This document shows, in pieces, positions 1 through 9,153 of a stretch of 27,905 nt of DNA. The position numbers and the translations under genes are program-made. The stretch covers positions 1-27,905 of the forward strand of contig CALLIQ010000607.1 of assembly GCA_938008925.1 (NCBI GenBank), in the 5' to 3' direction. The number at the start of each line of letters is the position of its first letter. The first letter of the stretch is position 1. The DNA comes from an uncultured Acidimicrobiales bacterium (GTDB lineage: Bacteria; Actinomycetota; Acidimicrobiia; Acidimicrobiales; SZUA-35). The notes under the pieces are model-generated. The model was not told the origin of the DNA, did not search any database, and saw nothing but the letters and a program-made list of their open reading frames with translations.

Positions 1-1
1 C

Positions 2-1420
2 GAACGGGCAGCGGGCTTCGTCAAGAACGACACGCCCCAGATCGTGACGTCGCGCTTCGATGTCGAGGACAGCCACACGCTGGTCAACTACCTGGCGACC
101 GGCGGCTACGAAGGCTTGCGGGCAGCGCTGGCCAAGCGCCCCGATGAAGTGCATTCCGAGATCCGCGACGCCACCGTGCTCGGTCGCGGCGGCGCCGGTT
201 TCCCCGCTGGCGTCAAGTGGGGCTTCATGCCGCCCGACGTCTTCCCTCGCTACCTGGTCGTCAACGGCGACGAGTCGGAGCCGGGTACCTACAAGGATCG
301 GCTCCTCATGGAGCTCGATCCCCATCAGCTCATCGAGGGTTGCCTGATCGCGTCGTACGCCGTCGGCCTCAGCCAGTGCTTCCTCTACGTCCGTGGAGAG
401 ATGGCGCTCGCCCAGGAGCGGATCGCCAACGCACTGAACGAGGCCTACACCGCCGGCTACGTCGGTCGGAACATCCTCGGCACCGACTTCAGCCTCGACA
501 TCGTGTTGCACTGGGGTGCTGGCGCCTACGTCGTCGGTGAGGAGACCGCCCTCATCGAGAGCCTCGAAGGCAACCGTGGCATGCCCCGGCTCAAGCCGCC
601 GTACTTCCCGGCAGCCATCGGGCTGTACGGCAAGCCGACGATCGTCAACAACGTCGAGACGCTCGCCAACCTGCCGTGGATCGCAACGAACGGCGCCGAG
701 GCCTATCGCAAGATCGGCAGCGAGAGCTCGCCCGGCACGCGCATGGTCGCGGTCTCCGGGCACGTGAAGCGGCCCGGCGTCTACGAGATCATCAATGGTC
801 ACACCACCTTCCGTCAGCTGCTGTTCGACGACGAGTACTGCGGAGGCATGCGAGAGGGCCGCACACTCAAGGCGTTCGTGCCCGGCGGCGGTTCCGCCCC
901 GTGGTTCCTTCCCGATCAACTCGATCTCCCGTTCGAGGCGAGCGAGGTCGGCCCTGCCGGCTCGATGCTCGGTTCGGGCGCCATCATGGTGATGGACGAC
1001 ACCACCGACATCCCGCGCGCCGCTCACAGCCTCACCCGCTTCTATGCCCACGAATCGTGTGGCAAGTGCGTGCCGTGTCGCGAAGGTGGTACGTGGCTCG
1101 AGCGGATCATGAGCCGCATCGTCGATGGTCACGGCACCACCCGCGACCTGCAGATGCTGCTCGAGGTCGGTGAGACCATCTGCCCCGGCGATTTCCCGCA
1201 CGCCTCGTCCGAGCGCCTCGGTCTCGAATCGCAGCGCTTCCCCTATCAGATGACCACCATCTGCTTCGTCGGACCGTCGGCCTTTGCCCCGGTCCACTCG
1301 GCCCTGACCCTCTTCCCCGAAGAGTTCGCATCCCGAGTGCGAGAGGTCACCGACGAAGACCTCGCCGGGTCCTCTGTCGGAGCCGTTCCGGTCGAGCTCA
1401 AGGGCGTGGCCGCGCAATGA
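2..1420 (+). CDS. nuoF: NADH-quinone oxidoreductase subunit F (flavoprotein); probably 5'-partial, the frame is open back to the window edge
   Basis: GRGGAGFPAGVKW, NGDESEPGTYKDR, GAGAYVVGEETALIESLEG, PTIVNNVETL, and N3 ligands ESCGKCVPCREG...TTICFVG. The ORF track starts at GTG 44, but the frame has no upstream stop (ERAAGFVKNDTPQIVTSRF). Confidence 0.97.
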   Translation, partial: ERAAGFVKNDTPQIVTSRFDVEDSHTLVNYLATGGYEGLRAALAKRPDEVHSEIRDATVLGRGGAGFPAGVKWGFMPPDVFPRYLVVNGDESEPGTYKDRLLMELDPHQLIEGCLIASYAVGLSQCFLYVRGEMALAQERIANALNEAYTAGYVGRNILGTDFSLDIVLHWGAGAYVVGEETALIESLEGNRGMPRLKPPYFPAAIGLYGKPTIVNNVETLANLPWIATNGAEAYRKIGSESSPGTRMVAVSGHVKRPGVYEIINGHTTFRQLLFDDEYCGGMREGRTLKAFVPGGGSAPWFLPDQLDLPFEASEVGPAGSMLGSGAIMVMDDTTDIPRAAHSLTRFYAHESCGKCVPCREGGTWLERIMSRIVDGHGTTRDLQMLLEVGETICPGDFPHASSERLGLESQRFPYQMTTICFVGPSAFAPVHSALTLFPEEFASRVREVTDEDLAGSSVGAVPVELKGVAAQ

Positions 1421-3834
1421 CGACGAACGAAGCGAGCGAGAAGCCTCCCGTGATCACGATCACCATCAACGGCCGCGAGGTCGAGTGCCAGCCAGGCGAA
1501 CTCGTCATCGACGCCGCCGAACGCAGCGGTACCTACATCCCACGCTTCTGCTACCACCCGCGCATGAAGCCCGTCGGCATGTGCCGCATGTGTCTCGTCG
1601 ACGTCGATTCGGGCCGTGGCCCGGGTCTGCAACCGTCGTGCATGATCCAGGTGTCCGAGGGGATGAGCGTCGACACCGAGAGCGAGCGCACCCAGCGGGC
1701 CCAAGAGGGCATTCTCGAGTTGCTGCTCGTCAACCACCCGCTCGACTGCCCGGTCTGCGACAAGGGCGGCGAATGCCCCCTGCAAGATCAGACCGTCGCC
1801 TACGGCCCCGGCGAGAGCCGCTTCATCGAAGAGAAGCGTCACTACGAAAAGCCGATCCCGATCAGCGATCTGGTCTACCTCGACCGCGAGCGCTGCATTC
1901 TGTGCGATCGATGCACCCGCTTCGCCTCCGACGTCGCTGGCGATCCGCTGATCCACTTCATCGATCGCGGCAACGAGACCCAGGTCAACACCTTCCCCGA
2001 CGAGCCGTTCTCCTCGTACTTCAGCGGTAACACCGTGCAGATCTGCCCCGTCGGTGCGCTCACCGCCGAGCCGTACCGCTTCAAGGCCCGTCCGTGGGAC
2101 CTCGCGGAGGTCGAGAGCACGGCGACGGTCGACTCCACCGGCGCTCGCGTCGTGGTGCAGTCGTCCCGGGACTCCATGGTTCGCGTGCTCGGTGTCGACT
2201 CAGACGCCGTCAACTGGTCCTGGCTCAGCGACAAGGATCGCTTCGCGTACGAGTCGGCCAACTCCGACGGCCGTGTGCTCGATCCGCTCGTCCGCAACGA
2301 GAGCGGCGAGTTCAACGTCGCTCGCTGGAGCGATGCGTCGTCCTTCGCCTCCGAGGCGCTGTCCGTCGAGCCATCGCGCATCGGTGTGATCGGTGGCGCT
2401 CGCCTCCCGATCGAAGGTCAGTTCGCCTGGCGTCGTCTCCTCGATGCAGCCGGGGTCGCCAACATCGACGCTCAGCTCGGTGATGGCATCGACGCCGACA
2501 TCATCCAAGGCCTGCCTCGCGCCACGATCGCCGAGGCCGCAGCGCCCGGTGGTGTCGTCGTCCTGCTCAGCGCAGATCCGAAGGAAGAACTGCCGACGCT
2601 GTACCTGCGGCTGCGTCACGCAGCCATCGAAGACGGCGCCGCGATCATCGAGATGACGCCCGGGGCAACGGGCCTCAACCGTCAGGCCGCCGTCTCGCTC
2701 CACCCACTTCCCGGTTCGGTCGCCGAAGTCGCCACGGCGCTCGCCGATGGCCAGACCGGCGCCGAGGTCGGTGGAGTCGATGCGGCGTCCCTCGCGGCAG
2801 CAGCCGAACTCATCAACTCGGGCCGCCCGGTCACCATCGTGTTCGGCCGCCAGAACCTGGCCGAGAATGAGAGCTTCGTCACCGCAGCGGCCAGCGCTCT
2901 GGCCCGGATGGCACCCGAGGCTCGATTCTTGCCTGCGCTTCGCCGCGGCAACGTGCACGGAGCGATCGAACTCGGTCTCACACCGAGCTCGGGGCTCGAG
3001 ACCCACGAGATGCTCCAGGCCTGTGCGAACGACGAGATCGACACGCTCGTTCTTCTCGGCGCCGACCCACTCGCCGATTTCCCCGATCGCAGCATCGTCG
3101 ACGCCGCCTTCGATCACGTCGAGAACGTCATCGCGATCGACACCTTCCTCAACCAGTCGTCGAGCCGCGCCGATCTCGTGCTCCCGGCCGCCGGCTTCGG
3201 CGAGGTCGACGGCAGCTTCTTGAATCTCGAGCGTCGACTCAGCCCACTGCGGGCCAAAGTGACGCCTCCCGGCCAGGCTCGCGCCGACTGGATGATCGCC
3301 GCCGAGCTCGGCGCCGCCATCGGCCACGACCTCGGATTCGCCACCATCGACGAACTGCGCACGGAGCTGTCGGCGACGGTGCCTTCCTTCACCGATGTCG
3401 ACTGGGCCGACCTCGATTCGGCCGGCGACGGACCCGTTCTCCCGACCCAGAGCGACGCAGGCGTCGCCCTCGCCGACATCGGGTCGGCATCGACCGTCGC
3501 GGTCCCGCCCCGCGACGGCTACGGTCTCCGGCTGGTGGTCGATCGCAAACTGTGGGATCTCGGGACGATGGTGCAGCAATCCGTGTCGTTGGCGCATCTT
3601 CCAGCGCCTGCTGAGCTCAGCTTGTCGACCCACGATTTCGAAGCGCTCGGCGTCGCCGATGGCGCGGAGGTCACCGTGGCCAGCGAGGCAGCGAGCGCGA
3701 CGCTCGCGGTCCGCCACGATGCCGGCCTGCCCCGAGGGGCAGCACGCATTCCCTACCTGCTTCCCGGCTTCGATGCCGGCCGACTGCTCGCCGCTGATCA
3801 GCCTGTGATCGACGTGCGCGTGTCGGCCGGATAG
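1417..3834 (+). CDS. nuoG: NADH-quinone oxidoreductase subunit G
   Basis: IPRFCYHPRM..GMCRMCLV (N1b), HPLDCPVCDKGGECPLQ (N5), CILCDRCTRF...ICPVGAL (N4); degenerate molybdopterin-fold C-terminus; ATGA overlap with the nuoF stop. Confidence 0.97.
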   Translation: MTTNEASEKPPVITITINGREVECQPGELVIDAAERSGTYIPRFCYHPRMKPVGMCRMCLVDVDSGRGPGLQPSCMIQVSEGMSVDTESERTQRAQEGILELLLVNHPLDCPVCDKGGECPLQDQTVAYGPGESRFIEEKRHYEKPIPISDLVYLDRERCILCDRCTRFASDVAGDPLIHFIDRGNETQVNTFPDEPFSSYFSGNTVQICPVGALTAEPYRFKARPWDLAEVESTATVDSTGARVVVQSSRDSMVRVLGVDSDAVNWSWLSDKDRFAYESANSDGRVLDPLVRNESGEFNVARWSDASSFASEALSVEPSRIGVIGGARLPIEGQFAWRRLLDAAGVANIDAQLGDGIDADIIQGLPRATIAEAAAPGGVVVLLSADPKEELPTLYLRLRHAAIEDGAAIIEMTPGATGLNRQAAVSLHPLPGSVAEVATALADGQTGAEVGGVDAASLAAAAELINSGRPVTIVFGRQNLAENESFVTAAASALARMAPEARFLPALRRGNVHGAIELGLTPSSGLETHEMLQACANDEIDTLVLLGADPLADFPDRSIVDAAFDHVENVIAIDTFLNQSSSRADLVLPAAGFGEVDGSFLNLERRLSPLRAKVTPPGQARADWMIAAELGAAIGHDLGFATIDELRTELSATVPSFTDVDWADLDSAGDGPVLPTQSDAGVALADIGSASTVAVPPRDGYGLRLVVDRKLWDLGTMVQQSVSLAHLPAPAELSLSTHDFEALGVADGAEVTVASEAASATLAVRHDAGLPRGAARIPYLLPGFDAGRLLAADQPVIDVRVSAG

Positions 3835-3847
3835 CGGGGACGCTCCG

Positions 3848-5182
3848 ATGGGTCATCCCTTCCTCGCAGACGGCGTCGACTTCGGCGACGTGATCATGGT
3901 GATCGTCATGGTCGTGATCTCGTTCACGCTGTGCCTGGTCGCCACCATGTTGATGGTGTGGTTCGAGCGCAAGGTCGTGTCGCGCCTCCAGAACCGCATC
4001 GGCCCGAACGTCGCCGGCCCCTTCGGTCTGCTGCAGACCCTGGCCGACGGCATCAAGCTCTTCTTCAAAGAGGACCTCATCCCGACCCGGTCCGATCGGT
4101 TCGTCTTTCAGCTGGCCCCGTACCTGTCGCTGATTCCGGCGTTCCTCACGTTCACTCTCGTCCCGATCGCCGGCGCATTCGACGTCAGCGACACCGCCGA
4201 CGGGTCCCAGTCGGGAACCAGCACCATCTTCGGCCGCGAGTTCCTGTGGCAAGCGGCCGACCTGCCCGTCGGCATCTTGTTCTTCCTGGCCATGAGCTCG
4301 CTCGGCATCTACGGCATCATGCTCGCCGGCTGGTCGTCGGGTTCGAAGTACCCGCTGCTCGGCTCGGTGCGTGCGACGGCGCAGGCGATCTCGTACGAAG
4401 CGGCTCTCGGCCTCTCGCTCGCCGCGGTCATCCTCGTGACCGGCACGCTCAGCACCAATGGCATCGTCACCGCTCAGGCCGGCGACCTCAGCCGACTCAA
4501 CCTGGTCGCCACGGGCTTCATCCCCTTCATCGTCTTCCTCATCGCCGGCACCGCCGAGCTGAACCGCCCCCCGTTCGACCTCGTCGAGGCCGAGCAGGAG
4601 CTGGTCGGCGGTTTCCACACCGAGTACTCCTCGATTCGCTTCGCTCTGTTCTTCCTCGCCGAATTCATGAACACGGTCACGATGGGCGCCATCATCGTCA
4701 CGCTGTTCTTCGGTGGCCCGGCTCCGCTGTTCGACCTGCCGCTCATCGACTTCCCGTCGGCCTGGTACATCGGATTCATCCTCTTCTTCGCCAAGCTGCT
4801 GGTGTTCCTCTTCATCTTCGTGTGGTTCCGGGCGACGCTTCCCCGACTCCGCTACGACCAGCTGATGGACCTCGGTTGGAAGGTGCTCATCCCGATCTCG
4901 TTGGGTTGGCTCATCGTCCTCGGCGCCATCCGGGTCGCCCAAGACGGCAACATCGGCATCTTCGACGACAACACCACCGCTGACACGATCGCCGTGCTCG
5001 TCATCGGCTTCTTGATCGGTGGCCTCGGCTACGTCTTGTTGCGCAAGGCGATCGACAACGCTCGCGAGGATCGCCTCGCGGAGGCCGGTCTCACGGCGGT
5101 CGCCAACCCCGACCTCGCCGAGATGGACGCTGTCAACACCGACGCGGCCCACGCGGTCGACCACGGCATGGGAGGCCACTGA
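3848..5182 (+). CDS. nuoH: NADH-quinone oxidoreductase subunit H (copy 1)
   Basis: ERKVVSRLQNRIGPN, GLLQTLADGIKLFFKED, AQAISYE, ELNRPPFDLVEAEQELVGGFHTEYS, RATLPRLRYDQLM. Confidence 0.97.
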   Translation: MGHPFLADGVDFGDVIMVIVMVVISFTLCLVATMLMVWFERKVVSRLQNRIGPNVAGPFGLLQTLADGIKLFFKEDLIPTRSDRFVFQLAPYLSLIPAFLTFTLVPIAGAFDVSDTADGSQSGTSTIFGREFLWQAADLPVGILFFLAMSSLGIYGIMLAGWSSGSKYPLLGSVRATAQAISYEAALGLSLAAVILVTGTLSTNGIVTAQAGDLSRLNLVATGFIPFIVFLIAGTAELNRPPFDLVEAEQELVGGFHTEYSSIRFALFFLAEFMNTVTMGAIIVTLFFGGPAPLFDLPLIDFPSAWYIGFILFFAKLLVFLFIFVWFRATLPRLRYDQLMDLGWKVLIPISLGWLIVLGAIRVAQDGNIGIFDDNTTADTIAVLVIGFLIGGLGYVLLRKAIDNAREDRLAEAGLTAVANPDLAEMDAVNTDAAHAVDHGMGGH

Positions 5183-5871
5183 TGGGGTACCTCGAGGGCT
5201 TTGCCGTCACGTTCAAGAAGTGGGGCGAGGGCGTCACCACGAAGGAATACCGAGCCGGCAAGACCGGTAAGGACGGCACGATCGATGCCCGCGATCAGAA
5301 GGCTCCGAAGCCCGAGCGGGCACACGGTCGCCATGTCCTGAACCGCTACGAAGACGGCATGGAGAAGTGCATCGGCTGCGAGCTGTGCGCGGGTGTCTGC
5401 CCCGCCAAGTGCATCTACGTCCGTGGCGCCGAGAACGAGCCCGACGATCCGAAGTCTCCCGGCGAGCGCTTCGGGTTCGTGTACGAGATCAACTACCTCC
5501 GGTGCATCCACTGCGACCTCTGTGTCGAGGCATGCCCGACCGAGGCCATCACCGAAACGAAGCTCTTCGAGTTCAGCTTCACCAACCGCAGCGACGCGAT
5601 CTACACCAAAAACGAGTTGCTCGTCGACGACGATGGCAAGCCCCAGAATCTTCCATGGGAAGACTGGCGGCCGGGTGAAGACCAGAACACCTCCGGTTGG
5701 ATGCGGGCCACCGCTCCGGCCGGCCGCGCGTCGTTCGAGAACAAGGTCGCGTGGTCTGGCGAGCTCGGTTACGGCGTGCGTGAGCCCGAGAAGGGTCAGG
5801 CCTTCGAGGATCCCGAGCCGATCCCTGAGCCGGCGGCCGACGACCACGATGACCACGGAGGCCACCACTGA
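5182..5871 (+). CDS. nuoI: NADH-quinone oxidoreductase subunit I (copy 1), 2x[4Fe-4S]
   Basis: CIGCELCAGVCP and INYLRCIHCDLCVEACP; TGATG coupling to nuoH. Confidence 0.96.
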   Translation: MGYLEGFAVTFKKWGEGVTTKEYRAGKTGKDGTIDARDQKAPKPERAHGRHVLNRYEDGMEKCIGCELCAGVCPAKCIYVRGAENEPDDPKSPGERFGFVYEINYLRCIHCDLCVEACPTEAITETKLFEFSFTNRSDAIYTKNELLVDDDGKPQNLPWEDWRPGEDQNTSGWMRATAPAGRASFENKVAWSGELGYGVREPEKGQAFEDPEPIPEPAADDHDDHGGHH

Positions 5872-6461
5872 TGGCTGACGCGATCGTCTTTCTCATCAGC
5901 GCGGTCATCGTGCTGGGCGGCGCCCTCGGCGTGATTCTCCTGCCGAACCCGGTCCACAACGCCCTGTCATTGATCGCATCGTTCTTCGGTGTCGCCGTGT
6001 TGTTCGTCATCGAACGAGCCCACTTCCTCGCCCTCGTGCAGATCGTGGTCTACGGCGGCGCGATCGTGGTGCTGTTCTTGTTCGTCATCATGTTGCTGGG
6101 CGTCGACCGCATCGAAGCGATCGAAGAAGAGACGTTGCCCGGCCAGCGCTCCACCGCCGTCGTGGCGGGCGTCGCGCTGTTCGTCGTGCTGCTCGGCGGC
6201 CTGTTCCTCTCCGGTCCCGACACCGACACCGCCCCCGAAGCCGGCCGCGCCGCGATCACCGGCCGGCAGGGCCAAGTCGTGCCGCTCACCGACGAACCGA
6301 ACGTCACCCAGCTCGGTCGTGACCTGCTCACGCGCAACGTGCTCGCGTTCGAAGCAACCGGCCTCCTGCTCACGATCGCCACCGTCGGCGCCGTCGTGCT
6401 CGTCCGCAATCGCGGTGCGGAAGACCTCGCCGTCGACGAACCCGGATCGGCGGCGTCATGA
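5871..6461 (+). CDS. nuoJ: NADH-quinone oxidoreductase subunit J
   Basis: [50 protein letters not shown]; operon position. Confidence 0.95.
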   Translation: MADAIVFLISAVIVLGGALGVILLPNPVHNALSLIASFFGVAVLFVIERAHFLALVQIVVYGGAIVVLFLFVIMLLGVDRIEAIEEETLPGQRSTAVVAGVALFVVLLGGLFLSGPDTDTAPEAGRAAITGRQGQVVPLTDEPNVTQLGRDLLTRNVLAFEATGLLLTIATVGAVVLVRNRGAEDLAVDEPGSAAS

Positions 6462-6763
6462 TCGTCACCGAGTCCTGGTATCTCATCCTCAGCGCAGCGC
6501 TGTTCTCCATCGGCGCGGTCGGGCTGCTCGTCCGACGCAACCCGCTCGTGATGTTCATGTGTGTCGAGCTCATGCTCAACGCCGTCAACATCAGCTTCGT
6601 GGCCTTCTCGACCGCACTCCAGGATCTCAGCGGTCAGACCGCCGTGTTCTTCGTGCTCGTCGTCGCCGCGGCAGAAGTCGTTGTCGGGCTGTCGATCGTC
6701 GTCGCCGTGTTGCGCCGTCGACCCTCCGCGACAGCTGACGATCTCGCTGAGCTGGGGGGCTGA
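6458..6763 (+). CDS. nuoK: NADH-quinone oxidoreductase subunit K
   Basis: [41 protein letters not shown]; 101 aa, three TM segments. Confidence 0.97.
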   Translation: MIVTESWYLILSAALFSIGAVGLLVRRNPLVMFMCVELMLNAVNISFVAFSTALQDLSGQTAVFFVLVVAAAEVVVGLSIVVAVLRRRPSATADDLAELGG

Positions 6764-6768
6764 CCGCA

Positions 6769-9153
6769 ATGCTCGAGGCCACATGGCTGATCCCTGCCCT
6801 TCCACTGCTGGGCTTCTTCCTCCTCGTCATCGGAGGCCGTCGCCTCGGTGAGCCGCTGGCCGGCTGGCTGGCGACGGCGATGATGGGCGGCAGCTTTCTC
6901 GCCACCGTCGCGGTGTTCGCAGGGCTCGTCGCCGAAGAAGAGGCCGATCGCTTCTTCCTCCAGACCATCTTCACCTGGGTCCCATCGGGCACCTTCAGCG
7001 TCGACGTCGGCTTTTTCGCCGATCCGTTGTCGATCACGATGTGCCTGTTCATCACGGGCGTCGGCACGCTGATCCACCTGTACTCGATCGGGTACATGCA
7101 CGGAGACAAGAACTTCTCGAAGTTCTTCCTCTATCTCAACCTCTTCGCCGCATCGATGCTCGTGCTGGTGCTCGGCGACAACTTGTTGATGACCTTCCTC
7201 GGCTGGGAGGGCGTCGGCGCTTGCTCGTACTTCCTGATCAGCTTCTGGTTCGACGAGGAAGCCAACGCCTCGGCCGGCAAGAAGGCCTTCGTCACGAACC
7301 GAATCGGCGACTTCGGCTACATGCTCGGCATGTTCCTGATCTTCAACGCGATCGGGTCGATCCGCTACGCCGACATCATCACCGAGACCCAGGCGGGCAA
7401 CCTCTCCGCCGGCGTCGCCACCGCCGCCGTCCTGCTGTTCATGTTGGCCGCCGCCGGCAAGTCCGCGCAGATCCCGTTGTTCGTGTGGCTGCCAGACGCC
7501 ATGGCGGGCCCGACCCCCGTCTCGGCGCTCATCCACGCCGCGACCATGGTGACCTCGGGCGTCTACCTGCTCACCCGCCTCAACCCGGTGCTCGCCGCTG
7601 CCGATCCGTGGGCCACCGACCTGATCGCCTGGATCGGCGCGATCACCGCGCTCGTGGCTGCGCTCGCCGCTCTGGTCCAGACCGACATCAAGAAGGTCCT
7701 CGCCTACTCCACCGTCTCGCAGCTCGGCTATCTGTTCCTCGCCGTCGGCGTCGGTGGCTACGTGCCGGCGATCTTCCACATGATCACCCACGCCTTCTTC
7801 AAGGCGCTGTTGTTCCTCGGCTCGGGCTCGGTCATCCACGGGCTTCACGACGAGCAAGACATGCGACGGATGGGTGGGCTCACCAAGCTCATGCCCATCA
7901 CCGCGGGCACGTTCATCATCGGCTGGCTCGCCATCGCTGGCGTCCCGCCATTCTCCGGGTTCTGGTCGAAGGACGAGATCCTTCTCTACGCCTACGACGC
8001 CAACCCGATCCTCTGGGCCATCGGTCTCGTCACTGCCCTGCTGACCGCGTTCTACATGACCCGCCAGGTCATCCTCACGTTCTTCGGCCGCATCCGCTTC
8101 TTCGATGCCCACACCGACGAGATCCAGGCCGCGTTCGCCGGCGGCGTCACCGCTGCCGAAGCCGACGTCGAGGCAGCTGAGGCCGACCTCGTCAAGGCGA
8201 ACGAAGCGATCGAGAAGGCCACGGCCGACGTCGCCAAGCGAACCGAGGCGATGACCAAGGCCACCACCGGCCTGTCCGAGGCCACCGACGCGCTCGCCGC
8301 ATCGGACGAGGCGGCCGATGGTCACGCCAAGATCGTGAAGGCCTTCGAGAAGGCCGAAAAGGCCGTGCCGAAGGCCGAGGCCGCGATCGACAAGGCCAAC
8401 GCGGGACTCGCCGAGGCTGAGACCGGTGTCGCCGACGCCGAAGCAGCGCTCGTGGCAGCCCGTGAACGCATTGGCGTCGCCCAGGCCAACGTCGCCAACG
8501 CTCCGAGCGCGCCGACCCACGTCACCGCCCTCACCCCGGCTCCCGACATTGACGAGTTCGCCGACGCCATGCCCGCGTCGTACCGGGAGCGACAGGAGTA
8601 CCACCCGCACGAGTCGCCGTGGACGATGACGCTGCCACTGGTCGCTCTCGCCGGGCTCGCCGCCGTCGGTGGTGGGCTCAACCTGCCGTTCACCAAGGAC
8701 CTGCACTTCCTGGCCCATTGGATCGAGCCGTCGCTGTTCCTCAATGAGGCACACCCGAGCGTCTCCACCAACACCAAGATCGTGTTGGCCATCATCGCTA
8801 TCGCCGTCGGCGTCGTGGCCATCGCTGCAGCGTTCGCTGTCTATCTCCGGGGCAAGGCCGATCCGAAGGCCATCGAGAACCCGGCTCTCGGCGCTGCGGT
8901 TCACTACGACCACGCACTCGCCCGCTTCATGGGCGGTCCCGGCCGGGCGTCGTTCGACGTTGCTGCCTGGTTCGACAAGACCTTCGTCGACGGAGCCGTC
9001 AACGGTGTCGCCACGATGGTCAACGGCGTGGGTACCTCGCTGCGTCGCACACAGACCGGCTTCGCCCGTCAGTACGCCCTCGGCATCACCCTCGGCGTCG
9101 CCGTCGTCGGGCTGTGGCTGCTCCTCAAGTTCTGGATCGAGGTGCCGTCGTGA
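6769..9153 (+). CDS. nuoL: NADH-quinone oxidoreductase subunit L with a large internal coiled-coil insertion
   Basis: YSIGYMHGD, GWEGVGACSYFLISFW, KKAFVTNRIGD, GKSAQIPLFVWLPDAMAGPTPVSALIHAATMV, TDIKKVLAYSTVSQLGY, HAFFKALLFLGSG, HPHESPW. At 794 aa it is longer than the usual ~620-650 aa. Confidence 0.97.
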   Translation: MLEATWLIPALPLLGFFLLVIGGRRLGEPLAGWLATAMMGGSFLATVAVFAGLVAEEEADRFFLQTIFTWVPSGTFSVDVGFFADPLSITMCLFITGVGTLIHLYSIGYMHGDKNFSKFFLYLNLFAASMLVLVLGDNLLMTFLGWEGVGACSYFLISFWFDEEANASAGKKAFVTNRIGDFGYMLGMFLIFNAIGSIRYADIITETQAGNLSAGVATAAVLLFMLAAAGKSAQIPLFVWLPDAMAGPTPVSALIHAATMVTSGVYLLTRLNPVLAAADPWATDLIAWIGAITALVAALAALVQTDIKKVLAYSTVSQLGYLFLAVGVGGYVPAIFHMITHAFFKALLFLGSGSVIHGLHDEQDMRRMGGLTKLMPITAGTFIIGWLAIAGVPPFSGFWSKDEILLYAYDANPILWAIGLVTALLTAFYMTRQVILTFFGRIRFFDAHTDEIQAAFAGGVTAAEADVEAAEADLVKANEAIEKATADVAKRTEAMTKATTGLSEATDALAASDEAADGHAKIVKAFEKAEKAVPKAEAAIDKANAGLAEAETGVADAEAALVAARERIGVAQANVANAPSAPTHVTALTPAPDIDEFADAMPASYRERQEYHPHESPWTMTLPLVALAGLAAVGGGLNLPFTKDLHFLAHWIEPSLFLNEAHPSVSTNTKIVLAIIAIAVGVVAIAAAFAVYLRGKADPKAIENPALGAAVHYDHALARFMGGPGRASFDVAAWFDKTFVDGAVNGVATMVNGVGTSLRRTQTGFARQYALGITLGVAVVGLWLLLKFWIEVPS

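Noticed and set aside
8101-8500. NuoL insertion as a DNA tandem repeat or mobile insertion
   Set aside because: Similarity is only at the level of Ala/Glu-rich codons (gccgag/gccgac); no exact repeat unit, terminal repeats or target duplication are visible, and codon style matches the host gene.
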